Of a stretch of 64,000 nt of DNA, positions 25,324-36,402 are shown piece after piece. Source of the DNA: Rhizodiscina lignyota (taxonomy: Eukaryota); contig ML978126.1 of the NCBI GenBank assembly GCA_010015805.1, positions 310,001-374,000 of the forward strand, in the 5' to 3' direction. The translations under genes were made by a program, and so were the position numbers. Every line of letters starts with the position of its first letter. The first letter of the stretch is position 1. The notes beneath the pieces were generated by a model, which had not been told where the DNA came from, ran no database searches, and saw only the letters and a program-made list of their open reading frames with translations.

Positions 25324-25464
25324 GGCAGTATGGCTCAAGGGGTTAGCCCCGACTTCAACTGAGCTGTACTTGCTCCTCCTGCACACCTCCCGCGGCCAAC
25401 CGGCCAGAGCTGTCAGGTCTGGGGAATAGGATCGACCCCCGGCAGGGATTGGACCTATTCTTTT
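25324..25464 (+). ncRNA. Candidate structured RNA with an HDV-like ribozyme fold (catalytic C position is G), flanked by Pol III A/B-box-like motifs
   Basis: P1 GGTTAGC 25341-47/GCCAACC 25395-401, P2 TCCTG 25377-81/TAGGA 25427-31, P3 CAC/GCG around the 7-nt loop ACCTCCC, P1.1 CC/GG, P4 CCAGA/TCTGG and J4/2 GGAA. It is a GC-rich island in AT-rich flanks, followed by a T-run. Confidence 0.55.
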
Positions 25465-25806
25465 GTTTTTTTATTTTATAATTTTTCTTCTATTAGTTCT
25501 CTGTTCTTTTTTCTATTAGTTCTCTATTTATTTTGATATATTATAAGCGCTGCAAGTTTCAATTTGTTGCGCGCCTAGCCCACCTGGGTTTAGGTGCCTT
25601 TGGCCACAACTTCAGTGTGTGGTCTGATGCACGACAGAAACTGTATAACATTTTACAAAGTCATACGGTGAAGGCTCTAGCTTTTCTGACACCAAATCAG
25701 ACAACCCGCATTCGCTCGTCTAGACATTCAGCGGATGTAATTGGCGGACCATAAATTGCAGAACCGTACCAACCCTACACTTCCTCGTTCGAAGCATCCC
25801 ATCAAA

Positions 25807-26426
25807 ATGAATGAAGCAGAATCTGAGTCGACTAGTGTCCTGGGTGTGACATCCCTTCTCCGTACCATCGGAAGACTGGGAAGGCCCTCCGGACGTGGTC
25901 TGTTAATGTTTAGAACGATGGCTGTATCAGCAACAGCTGCAGCGATCCTTGGTCTTTGTGGTGCATACTTTGGAGGTGTGCAATGACTACCAGGCAATAT
26001 GTGAAGCAGTGCTGACCATGTCAATCAGGTATGATGATCATGGGTGGCGTACAATTTTTTATGGCTGGCTCCTGGATTGGATTCGTTGGCGGCTCCATCT
26101 TTTTTTACAGGACCCAAGTGAGGCAAGCTTTTCTGGCTTTTGACGACTACCCGGAACTCATGCGGCTGCATTTGGTCATGAACTTCCCGCTCATGCGCTT
26201 CCAAAGAATGAATTTGCATCCCGACCATCGGCCACAGGAGCGGAGACAACTTGAAGATTCGTGGGCAATGACTAGCATGTTGGCGTCTGCATATCAGACT
26301 GCAAGCCCGGCAATAGACGTACGCATTAACAATTATTTTCTCGGAGAGGGCTGATTGCTGCAGGAAATCCTTGCACGGCGAGAACAAGCAATGATTACGG
26401 AACTCTCGAAAGAGTCGGAATCTTGA
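25807..26426 (+). CDS. Small hypothetical membrane protein (multi-exon; start at 25807 or 25918)
   Basis: Segments join through GT..AG introns: TMAVSATAAAILGLCG-MMIMGGVQFFMAGSWIGFVGGSIFFYR...DDYPELMRLHLVMNFP...SPAID-EILARREQAMITEL. Two Gly-rich hydrophobic helices. Confidence 0.7.
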
Positions 26427-26938
26427 GGGAGGCATCAGATGAACACCGTGCATGCGCTGGCAGAGCTTTCCTTCCAGTGCCCAGCTCAGCCCATTATGAT
26501 CCCGGCGCGGTCGTAAGGCGATGCTCAAGCAACTGCCGTTTCATACAAGGAGGCGTGCACACAGTCGATGAGATACTTGGGCAGTCGTATACAATCGCCT
26601 GAGGAAGGATCAGATGCAAACCAAAGCGACGCTGTATCTGATTATTCCACAGATGGCCATCGATATCGCCTAAACGCATCGCAATTCGTCTTGCCTCTAG
26701 AAAATAACATTATACCCGCGCTTCCCCAGTGCGACCTGCTTGCGATCCTGTATTCAAGGAGCTGAAGAAGGATAGTGCTCAATTGAAGACATATTTCAGC
26801 ACCAGTGTGAAATGAGGGAAGAGATATCGTCGACAGACGAAGCAATGCTTGTGCCTCCTCTACCTTACAGACATTGAACATGAATTCAAATTCATAAGGT
26901 TTGCTCGCTTTTAGGGCACAGAATGTAGGGCTATGAGT

Positions 26939-28203
26939 CTATTCCTTCAATAGTTCTTCAATGTCAGGTTCCTTGTTGTGACTCCAGCCGCACCATCTCC
27001 GACCCGACTCCGGCCTGCTTTGGAATCCATTCCGATGTCCACTTCCTTCGAAAGCCTCATCCCCGATAGTTCTCTCGCCATCTCCAAACATGCGCTTGAA
27101 ATAGCCGTCATAACTCTTCCACACCGCGCCAAATATCGCTCCTTGTAAAGACGCCAACCAGGTCGGAATTTTCCCTGTCTTCTTGTCCTGAAACCTCTCC
27201 ATCAGTGCGAACATAAACAACAAAAATGGTCCCCACAGCATAAGGAACGCATACTCGCCGATCCTCTGGCGACGAGTCGTGATTGTGTATGGACGTATAT
27301 CGTCTAGATACTCCAGATATTCTGCTGGGAAGGCGTGCTCACGTCCGCCGTCGGTGATGAGCTTCAGGTACCTGGCACTCGCTTGTGCGTAAGATGGATC
27401 AGGGCGAGTGAGCCTGTTTCCAACTCTTAAGTTTCCGGATTCTGGGGGTGTCGTTTGTGGAGCAAAGAGTGTGTGAGCTTTGAACGGTGCGGTGATTGGC
27501 TGTTCAGGGACCGTGGAAGAACCAGCTTCCAGAGGGAAGCATGTCACAAGGATATCTTTATATGCCGCGCCGCCGCCTTCGGTAGCAATGATGTGGGCGT
27601 AGTCGGAAGGTGTGACTTCATAGACTACACCAACAAGGCCTTTCTTCCAGCGGTCTTTATGGTAGTCTTCTTTTCCTGGCACATTGCTCTTTTCCAAAAA
27701 TCCTTGGTTCTCATCTTGTGCCTCAGGCGTGGCCCGAAGCGCGGTGTTCGCAAAGCATGGCTCTACATATGGTATACCCGGTAAGTCGAATGTCATGCGC
27801 AGCTCGGGAACGAGAACATTGACCTGGGCCAGTGGTTTGATCCCGCGACTACCCTGAAATGTCTCGTAGGCCAAGTTGGAGCCATAGGCTAGGTATAGTA
27901 CGGTGTCCTTTTCGAGTCCCCTTTCTCGTGATTTGCTAGTTTCATCTTGGTATGTGTGAAGGTTATAAGGCTGTTCGCTGTAGGAGCGCAGGAGACGATG
28001 TGGTGATGGAGGACGATGCGCTGACTGGCAGTATTTGCGGGTCGAGATATTCCTAAGTCGATATAGGGTATCTTGCAGGTAGCAAGACGTCCTTAATGCA
28101 GTACCCTCGAGAGCTTCGGACTGCAAACATCAGTTGTCTTGCTTCTATTAATGGACAAGACGATACGGACCTTCGTGACCTGAGCGGCACGTCCTAATTC
28201 CAT
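26939..28203 (-). CDS. GliK-like gamma-glutamylcyclotransferase; intron 28121-28170
   Basis: VLYLAYGSNL GGCT motif, FDLPGIPYVEPCFA, GVVYEVT, IIATEGGG, SARYLKLITDG and C-terminal FGDGERT. A short exon 1 (MELGRAAQVTK) splices in frame. Confidence 0.88.
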
Positions 28204-28959
28204 ATTAGAATAAAGATACGCCATTGAGATGAATGACTGCAGCTCTTTTGAAGCGATTGTACTCTGAGAGCGAGGCAATCGCTCCAAACTCACAGAATAT
28301 AAATTCCATGACGGTGACAATTGGTCGGCGATAAGATAGAGCTAGAAAGGGTGGAGCAGGCAGCTTTCTCCGACATCTTTTGTCAGCCATTCGGCTTCTG
28401 TAATTTCCGACGCCCCGCATCCATAATAGCTTGACGGGACGGAAGAAAAGGTACTCCATTCCTAATGATCAACTTCAAGAGCCTCGTCGTCTGTCTTTAA
28501 GCATAGAGTAGGCCGAGGAACGGATCTGGTACGCAGTTGTTCCCAATAGGTGACTCTCGAAGAGATTGAGACCTTAAGAGCTTAGATGGAACACAAACGT
28601 GCAAGATAGTAGCGCAAAAGAATGTACGAGCGGGCAATTCTTATTTCTTCAACACTTGAAAGTATCATACTTATGAGGGCATCTCGCCTGTTCCCATGTA
28701 CAGCGAGAGATGTAGCTGCTTTACCATCGAGACACTGCATGGCAACTCGATCTGGAGCCTGGCCTGCCTGGCACGGCGGATGCTATTGAAAGAGCGCAAG
28801 GAAATGCTTTAGATTCCATTACTTCTGTCTGTGTTATTTGGATGTATTTCGCTTTTCGTGACTTGATTGATTGGTGCAGGTGAGCTGTGTTGGGCTCAGT
28901 AGCGTGCCTGCCTCATTCATGGAATTAGTTCTATCCGACGGCGACGTATGCATGCTTCT

Positions 28960-29630
28960 TCTATAAAGGAGCTACGTTCTCGAGAGTGTATGAGGGCTAC
29001 AAGTATGTCTCTTGTCTCCGCTGATCAGAAGCAAATCTTCTAAAGCAAGCCTGGTAGGCTACTCCCTAGCAACCTCGGACGCAAACTCACCAATATCCGG
29101 AAGGCGTTCAAAAGTTCTAGAGGCAACTGTAAAAGAATGGCTTTATATGCTATTCGCTCACCGGAAACAAGCTCCTTTGTATTCGACGGAGCTAGTTTCC
29201 GGCGAGCGGAGGAGACCTAGAACGATATCTTTTCTCTACGACTATTGCAAGTAAATCTTCTAAGGCAGGGCTAATATGCTACTCCCTGGCAATCTCAAAT
29301 GTAGACTCACTGATATAGGGAAGTTTCTTACAAGTACCGAAGGCGACTGTAAGGTAGTGGCTCCGTACGCTGTTCGCTCGCGGGAGACGAGCTCTTTTCT
29401 GGACCAAGGAGCTATTTTCCGGCGAGCGAACGAGACTCGCAACGATGTCCCTACTCTATGAGAACGAGAACCAAATCTTCCAAGGCAGGCTAGGCAAGCT
29501 CCTCCAAGATAGCTTCGAATACAACTTCATCGATACAAGGAGGTTTCCTCGGAATGCTGGGGCCCGGGCTTTGGAGAGTGCAGCTCCGCAGACTGTTCGC
29601 CCGCTGGAAACTAGCTCCTTCGTAATACAA
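28960..29630. repeat. Degenerate tandem repeat, 220-bp period, about 3 copies, with internal inverted repeats
   Basis: AAATCTTC(T/C)AA(A/G)GCA at 29033, 29253 and 29473. GGAGCTA at 28968, 29188 and 29408. T(A/G)TTCGC at 29151, 29371 and 29594. Confidence 0.85.
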
Positions 29631-29946
29631 GTCTGGTCTTGGTGAACTGCGACGGCTCTTCTGAATGTGATGATAGAATTGTTTGATCTTGAAAGAGTGT
29701 GGATTAAGTATTACCGCCGGGCCCAGCCCTAGCTTCGACGTGTCCTAAAGCGACGCCTTTGGCGAAAACAGCCTGCGCCATCCCCCTTCTAGACCAATAG
29801 CATCCATGAGAAAGAACGAAGAATAACCCAGAGATCGTAACATGATTCCACCCGCAAAGGGTATCCAGAGCCGTAAAAACATGATCCGCAGCAAAAGAGA
29901 CATCGTGACACCCACATAAGAGGCAAGGTGAACCCCTCCCAATCTC

Positions 29947-31782
29947 TCAAAAGAACAGAACAATCTCGCCCCTGTCATTCCTCTTCAGCCTCAAGCTCTT
30001 CCACAACTCCTTCTCTTCATCAGCCTTCTCCTCCCTCCTCCTCTTCCCACCCCTCGTTGGCCCCTCATCGTCGTCATCGTCATCGGCCGTGCGCCCCATT
30101 CTCTCGCGATGGTATCGCTTGAGTGCCTTATTGATACTGCACCCACGCTCGCTGTCGGGCCCCTTTGTTACGAAGTTGATAAACATCTCCGCGCGAACAG
30201 ATGCACTGACATCGGCCCTCACCGCAACGGTTCCAGGATCGCGTCGAATGAGCGCGCTGCTATTCGGATCCTGCACTGGCGATGTCTGCGTCTTGTACTC
30301 AATCGCCTTGAGCTCTCTCCTGGAACTGTGATGCTCTGCATCTGGACTTGCCGACCTTCTCCTCCTTCTCCGACGATGCCTGCTGTGCTCGCCTTCTCGC
30401 TCCGGCTCTCGCTCGCGCTCTCGCTCCCTCACTGGTGAGTCCCTGTCCCTCTCTCTCTTCGCGTGCGGCACGGTGAATGCCACCTTGACATGGCCAGCAG
30501 GCGTCTTTCTCTTCAACACCGGCTTCGCCCTGGGATCGCGACCCCTCTCCTTCTCCTTCTCACGCGGGGCTCGCTCGTCAATCGACACATGCTTTGGCTT
30601 CTTCAGCGGACTGAGCGGGCTCCCGTCCAGGCCCTCACCTTCACCAGAAAAGTCCGGGCTCGGCGGGAAGCCATTGCGGTTCGACATGAGCCTCTGCAGC
30701 CCGCCCGTGAGGCCTGAATGTAGCGCCGGCACATCCGTCATCACAATGTCGCCGTTCATAGTCGGCTGCAGCGCCTTGGCCAGGCTCACGTCGATCTGCT
30801 CTGGGGAGCCGCGCTTGCGCTTGCCCGATTTCTTCAGGCTTGCGCCGCTGTCCTCGCGTACGTGTCCACGCGCAGAGATGTCCTTGCGCGTCGGCGCGGG
30901 GGTCTGAAACGCGGAGTCGACTCTGTCAGGGGGGAAGTGGGTGTAGCTGTCGTAACGATCGAAGCCTGGTGGAAGGGGTTCGGAGCCGTAGCTGTAGCCG
31001 GTGTCCATGTATTGTCTGATTGGAGAATCTTCGCGTTCGTCGTACTGCATTGGGTCGGCTGGGAGCTCCTCCACGTCGTACCATGTGTCGTCCTCTGTTC
31101 TTCCATCCTCTAGTAGACGTGAGTCGTCAGGAGATGGTAGCGCTTTCGATAGGTCTTCATCTGGGTGGTGAGTGCTCGTGCCATCTGGAACGAGGAAGTC
31201 GAAGACGTTGAAATTGGCGGGTGGTGGACTTGGAGCTCTTGGGGGGGCATCGACGACTGCTACTGTGCCGCTCTCGACATCGTCTTCCACATAAGCCTTA
31301 CGCGGAACGAGCGCTTGTGAGTGGTCGGCGCCATTCTTGAGACTCTGCTTCGACTTGGGGCGGTACAAGGCGCCCTGGTATTTCTGGTCTTCGGATATGC
31401 AGCTCTGTTACATATCGTCGTCAGCAACTGTGCCGTATTTCCATTTCCAAGCCGCCGAACTCCTGTGCTATGTGTACACCCCAACAAACTCGCCGACGTG
31501 GAATGTAGCACAAACTTGTTTGCGAGGGATTGCGTACCGTGTGGCTCCGGTATGAGGTGCCGTCGAAGTACTGGTGACAGTCGAGACAGGTGAAGCTGGC
31601 GCCTCGACACTGATTCCGGTGCGAATCGAGCTTCTTCTTGGTGAGCACGTCGCCGCAATTCTGTGTGCGCGCAGCCTGTCAGCCATTGTGCTCGTTCCAG
31701 TGTGCGACGTAATCGAGGGGTATATCAGAGGGGGAGTATGGCCCCAGCGCGCGCTACATACCTCGCAAGAGAAGGAGACCAT
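29947..31782 (-). CDS. LYAR-type C2HC zinc-finger nucleolar protein; introns 31661-31761 and 31405-31537
   Basis: Spliced N-terminus MVSFSCE-NCGDVLTKKKLDSHRNQCRGASFTCLDCHQYF...YRSHT-SCISEDQKYQGALY is the LYAR double finger. A long basic disordered region follows. Confidence 0.92.
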
Positions 31783-32932
31783 ATTTTCAGAGTGCTGTCC
31801 GTCTTGTTTATCGCGGGAAAGATGGCGTATATAGTTGGCCGCGAGCGGTTGGACGAGGAGGCGAAGGCGTGGATTTAAGGAATCATGCTCTTCGCTGACG
31901 TGACAGAGGTGTAGTGGGCTTAAAGGAGAGGCATGTTTCGGAGGGGTGTGGTTCGTTCCAGGTTCAGGATTGTCGCGCGCAATTTTGGGGTGGATTGGGG
32001 TCAGGAGTTTGCGACGCCGAATCTCGCTTGTCTGCCCCCTTGCAGCCATTGGGCGCGCAAATAATAGCAGCAGAGCCCGCGATGCTCCCGCGCTGGGGGC
32101 CATATGCACCTCCCACACCCACTTTCCTCCCTCCTCTGCCCAATAACGCGGAGGCACGAGCCGTAGATCGACGCCACGTGCTGCGTCCAATAGCGGCGAC
32201 ATATATAATAGGAGGTGCGGATGCGATGGTCATGCTGCCATGTCACCACGACACTGCACTCCACACGTTCGCCATATGTCTTGCATACTACCGCTGCACA
32301 AGCTCAATCACTCGCTGCGCCCCTGATCATGGCTCACGTTAGTAGATCAGGTACCCGCTGCGAACTGCTCCGTTTCAAAGCTGGGACATCGTCACTTGCA
32401 GAGTCCGAATGGATATGATGGCGTATGACAGATCTACCGTATGTTGACGAGACGCGTCCGAAAGACTACGAGTACAATTCAGGCCACAGCCATGACAGTT
32501 GACCGATTCAAGGTCCTCGTCGAGCTTCGGTGTCACGACAATTTCCTTAACTTCTTCGCTGTTGGGCTTGGGCCGGTTAAGCCAACAAATGCCTCTATGC
32601 CAGTTGAACATGCCGTATGCGCTAAAACATCGTCCGTGGGAGATTGTAGAGCGTATCTACCCTTTCTTTCTGCCTTTCCATTCAATTTCTTATCTTGTTG
32701 ACTTGCTACGTGGAAAAAAATAAATAATTCGAACGTATTGCTGCGTCCATGATCTTAGGCTCTCGCATCATTTTTCTTGTGGCTGAAGTAAATTTGGGAG
32801 ACCTTTTGTCTATTCGAAGAGAGAAGCGGGACTGATTTTCATTTCAAAAGCATTCTATTCCAACGGACGTGTCATCTCTGGCAGCTATCACATAAGCACG
32901 CTCAATTCGAATATTTCAAATATCCAGGCCGT

Positions 32933-33445
32933 TCATGAGCCAATAATACATTTCATGTTCCCATCCTCATTCGTAATCATGGCATCAAGCAACAGCTTGT
33001 CCTCCCTCCACGTCCCATCAATACGGCCCAGCTCCGCGACGAGCACGCGTCCTCCTTCCTCCAGTCTAACGTTCCTCGCCGATTGACCGAAATTCCCGAA
33101 GCGGCCGTGACCGACCCATTTGAAGTATCCGTCCTCATTCTCGAGAATCTCGTTGAGGCAGATGGACGAGTACTTCTTCGACTGGTCGATCTTCCAGCAC
33201 ATCGCCGTCAGGTGGCATGTCCCGTGGAGCTCGATCTTGTTGCAGCTGGCCGTGAAGCGGCCCAGCAGATGAGCTTGGCCATGGTAGTCGTTGTCCCATG
33301 TTGGCTCCGCAGGGTCGTTTGCTTGCTTGTTTTCTTTGGGCTCCTGCTTCACAAGAACGTCAGGTGTCTTGTTTTCGGTAGGATATGTGTGGATGGCGCG
33401 AGGCGCTTCGTCATCCTCATAAGTATCGACACTGCGCTTGCTCAT
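32933..33445 (-). CDS. Cyanovirin-N homology (CVNH) domain protein
   Basis: Two CVNH half repeats: FTASCNKIEL...LTAMC...SSICLNEILENEDGYF and NFGQSARNVRL...LVAEL...LLLDAMITNEDGNM. No signal peptide. Confidence 0.88.
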   Translation of the reverse strand: MSKRSVDTYEDDEAPRAIHTYPTENKTPDVLVKQEPKENKQANDPAEPTWDNDYHGQAHLLGRFTASCNKIELHGTCHLTAMCWKIDQSKKYSSICLNEILENEDGYFKWVGHGRFGNFGQSARNVRLEEGGRVLVAELGRIDGTWREDKLLLDAMITNEDGNMKCIIGS

Positions 33446-34338
33446 GCATCCGAAGTCTAAAATACGGCGGAGGGCACCAGGCCTTACGTAGTTCGTCTCG
33501 ACGAGACCATTGGCCGTATGGCGATCCTCAGTGCCATCAGCTATGAAAACGTTTGGTTAACAGTCTTCCAACATGGGCTCTTAAGGTCTCACCAGTCTTG
33601 CTGTCAAATGATATTGCCTCTTTCTTTGAGTCCTTTGACGGACTGTACGGCGGTGGTTGTACCTGGATAACGGAGGTAGATTAGCTAGTATCCAGATATA
33701 ACGGGGGAGAAGGAAGAAGGTAATCAGCACTCAGGATGAGAGCTCAACAGACGGAATGATAGGCTTTGGGGATTTGCTAACATGACTGGAACAGCATGTG
33801 TGTCTGCAAACTGCCAGTGATCTAAAAATGGACTCACCTCGTTGGAAGAATTGGCGGGGTAATTGCGAACCATGGTCACTCAAGCAAACGTGAAATTGAT
33901 GAATCTTCGTCGAGTATGACAAAGAGGAAGGGCAAACTCTTAAAGAGCAATTGTTGGACTTTAAGTTGGATTGTTGTTAGATGCTAGGCGGCACAGCAGG
34001 TTGCTGTGCCCCCCGCGTTGTGCGATGCGGTATGTAGATCCTGAATCCTTCCCGGTGTGGCACCGCAACCGCAGCATGCTCCGAAAGTACGATTTTGGGA
34101 AATGCACTTGCGGCTTCCAGCCATCTGCTAAACTTGGAGGGCCAAATGTTGCCTATTGCACCGTTTGCCATTGAGCAAATTGGAAAATGATTTCCTCGTA
34201 CGCGACGCGTGATTGTGACTGGAAACTGATTGGCGTATTTTGAATGCTCTGATTCCTAACATTCTGATGCTTCAACGCTGCTTTTAGAACATCCTTTCCT
34301 GTCCCGAGACCTTACAAGAACGGAATCTAACTCGAAAA

Positions 34339-34773
34339 ATGTATCCTGTCAACCAAATGGCCCCAACGCAGACACGCCACCAAGCCCCGACTGTACATCC
34401 GCCACCCGTGCCTGAAGAACCCATTGCTCACCAGAACGCGGCGCAGCTTCCAGGAGCATGGCCTGCGAGCTCCGAATGGGAAGCTGACATGTGGGATGGT
34501 TCGGGCGGACGACACCACTACAGCAAGAATCACATTAGGTGGACCAAGGCAGCTGCGGAAATCCAGAATGACTATGAGAATAAGTGGGATGAATTAAGCT
34601 CAGACATAACAGCCCTGCGTCAAATCACGAAGCTAAAGGCAGCAGTTGTGGAGGAACTTTGGCAGGAGATGTATAGAGGAGAATTCGACGTGGACATATT
34701 TGCGGCGTTGAAGGACATTGACAAAGTATCAGCGATATTGCTGAAGCGGCTGCATAGCCAGTATCAACGGTAA
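34339..34773 (+). CDS. Hypothetical protein (144 aa)
   Basis: ATG-initiated ORF with a Pro-rich N-terminus and an amphipathic helical C-terminus. No domain recognised. Confidence 0.5.
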   Translation: MYPVNQMAPTQTRHQAPTVHPPPVPEEPIAHQNAAQLPGAWPASSEWEADMWDGSGGRHHYSKNHIRWTKAAAEIQNDYENKWDELSSDITALRQITKLKAAVVEELWQEMYRGEFDVDIFAALKDIDKVSAILLKRLHSQYQR

Positions 34774-35937
34774 ATAACAGAATATCAGTAGTGGCGATTT
34801 CAGTCTTATTATCAGTCAGCGGGCATGGATTGTTGCGGTTTTCTTCCGAGAAGGCAGGCTCGCTGCTGGTAGACGTGTCCCGAGATCGAGGGTATTTCAG
34901 AGGGATCCCCTCAAAGGCCGTCCCAGATCCTGAAGCTCTTCTCTTAGAGGCTACCGAGATGACAATGGTAAGGAAATCGCATGTATTCCTGCTTACAGCT
35001 TGAGTGGAGATGGTAGAGATATCAGAACATGTATCCGGCACTTGTGACCAAGCCTTTTGACCAGCTCTCTCACTAATTCTGCAAAGGGAAATATGGTCCA
35101 GGAACGAGTTCGAAGAGTGAAGGAATGCAAATGTCGTCGTCGTGGTTTGTGCGGTCGCTTTTCGATTGCTACAGCGAATGGAATGAGATCAATCATCTCC
35201 TCGATGATTATGCGTATGAGCCCACCGGGCACTGGTGATGAAAGACGCTTGCTAAATGTTCATTTATGGATACTGGAAGCAGTATCGCAACGATAGCTCA
35301 GTCTCCGTTAGTGGGCTGCTCCTCTCGCATATATGAACTGGCTAAGAAACTTCTTCTCGACAGTTTCAGATCGAAATAATGAGAACTTGGAGCATTTGCT
35401 TGGGAGGATTGAGGCTCTCTCAAAGAATTCAATAGATGAGAAGTAGAGAGAGCAAAGTTTGATAGATATGATGAAACGCCCTGGCCATCCATTTCCGTGA
35501 CCGCGCTACTCCGTAACGCTTCGGATAGCGCCATGTTCTCTCTTTCCTCAAGAGCGAATCGTGCAGGTTGATCGTTAACCTCAAGGCTAATGGTCAGCTA
35601 CGCATGTTTAAAACATCATCATCGAATGAGATGCAAAGCTCCTTGTTATGGGGCAGAAGTTGTAACGCGGATGCCTCGATTGACTGGGCAACACGAGCTT
35701 GGCGCAGGAGAGAACGCGTCACCTCTAGCCCGAACAAGGTAATGTTTGCGGCAGCAACATACAAAAGTGTGGTTTTGAAACATGGGCTGTGTAAATATGT
35801 ATAAGCGGCCAGGCTGCCATTTAATTGAATTGTGCATTTCAATTGTTGGTCAATTCAGAAGCTATCATTTTCTTCAGTCTTCGTTGTACACAACTATTCT
35901 TCACACCCAATCCACAAGAAGTTGAACAACAGAAAAT

Positions 35938-36402
35938 ATGGCAGACTTCGAAGAATCCGCTCCTCTCCTCGACATCGAAGAACAGCCCAATATCCGTCAT
36001 TCAGAGGAAGAAACTCATGCTCCCCTTCCAGCTACCCGAGACGATGGTAGCTCCAAGGAGAGCAGCATCAACGCAGCGGCCAGCGTGCACCAACTCAACG
36101 TCGCATCTCCTCGTCCTGATTCCCAAGAACTTCCTGCTCCTGTTACACATAGTAATCCAGACAGGCGCCGAAACTTTGTCTCTCATCTTGCGCTACTTCT
36201 ACCACGATTCATCCTGTCTTTGCTGTGGTTCGGACTGTATCTCACCTTTGGCGGCGGATCAATCGTTTACTTATCCTGCTGGTGCCTCATGCAGATGTTC
36301 ACCGGATTCACGAGAGCGGAGTGGGATAGCAGGATGGTGAGGAGAGACCTTGGCGGGTTCTTTGATGCCCTGATGGATTTGTTTGAGAGGATCTGGGCAT
36401 AG
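35938..36402 (+). CDS. Hypothetical membrane protein (154 aa)
   Basis: Acidic N-terminus with an EESAPLL dileucine-like motif and a hydrophobic C-terminal segment. Good ATG context. Confidence 0.55.
   Translation: MADFEESAPLLDIEEQPNIRHSEEETHAPLPATRDDGSSKESSINAAASVHQLNVASPRPDSQELPAPVTHSNPDRRRNFVSHLALLLPRFILSLLWFGLYLTFGGGSIVYLSCWCLMQMFTGFTRAEWDSRMVRRDLGGFFDALMDLFERIWA

Noticed and set aside
25324..25448. Intron-containing tRNA with a TCA (Sec/opal suppressor) or CAA anticodon
   Set aside because: The 5' end resembles a tRNA (GGCAGTA TGGCTCAA...CCCGA CT TCA A), but no 3' strand pairs with the acceptor stem and there is no proper T arm. The HDV-like fold explains the pairings better.
28960..29630. 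The 220-bp array as a repeated exon-intron coding unit or as a CRISPR array
   Set aside because: Minus-strand GTGAGT..TAG segments (51 nt) leave 169-nt exons that break frame and lack branch sites. The spacers are homologous to each other, the host is a eukaryote and there are no cas genes.
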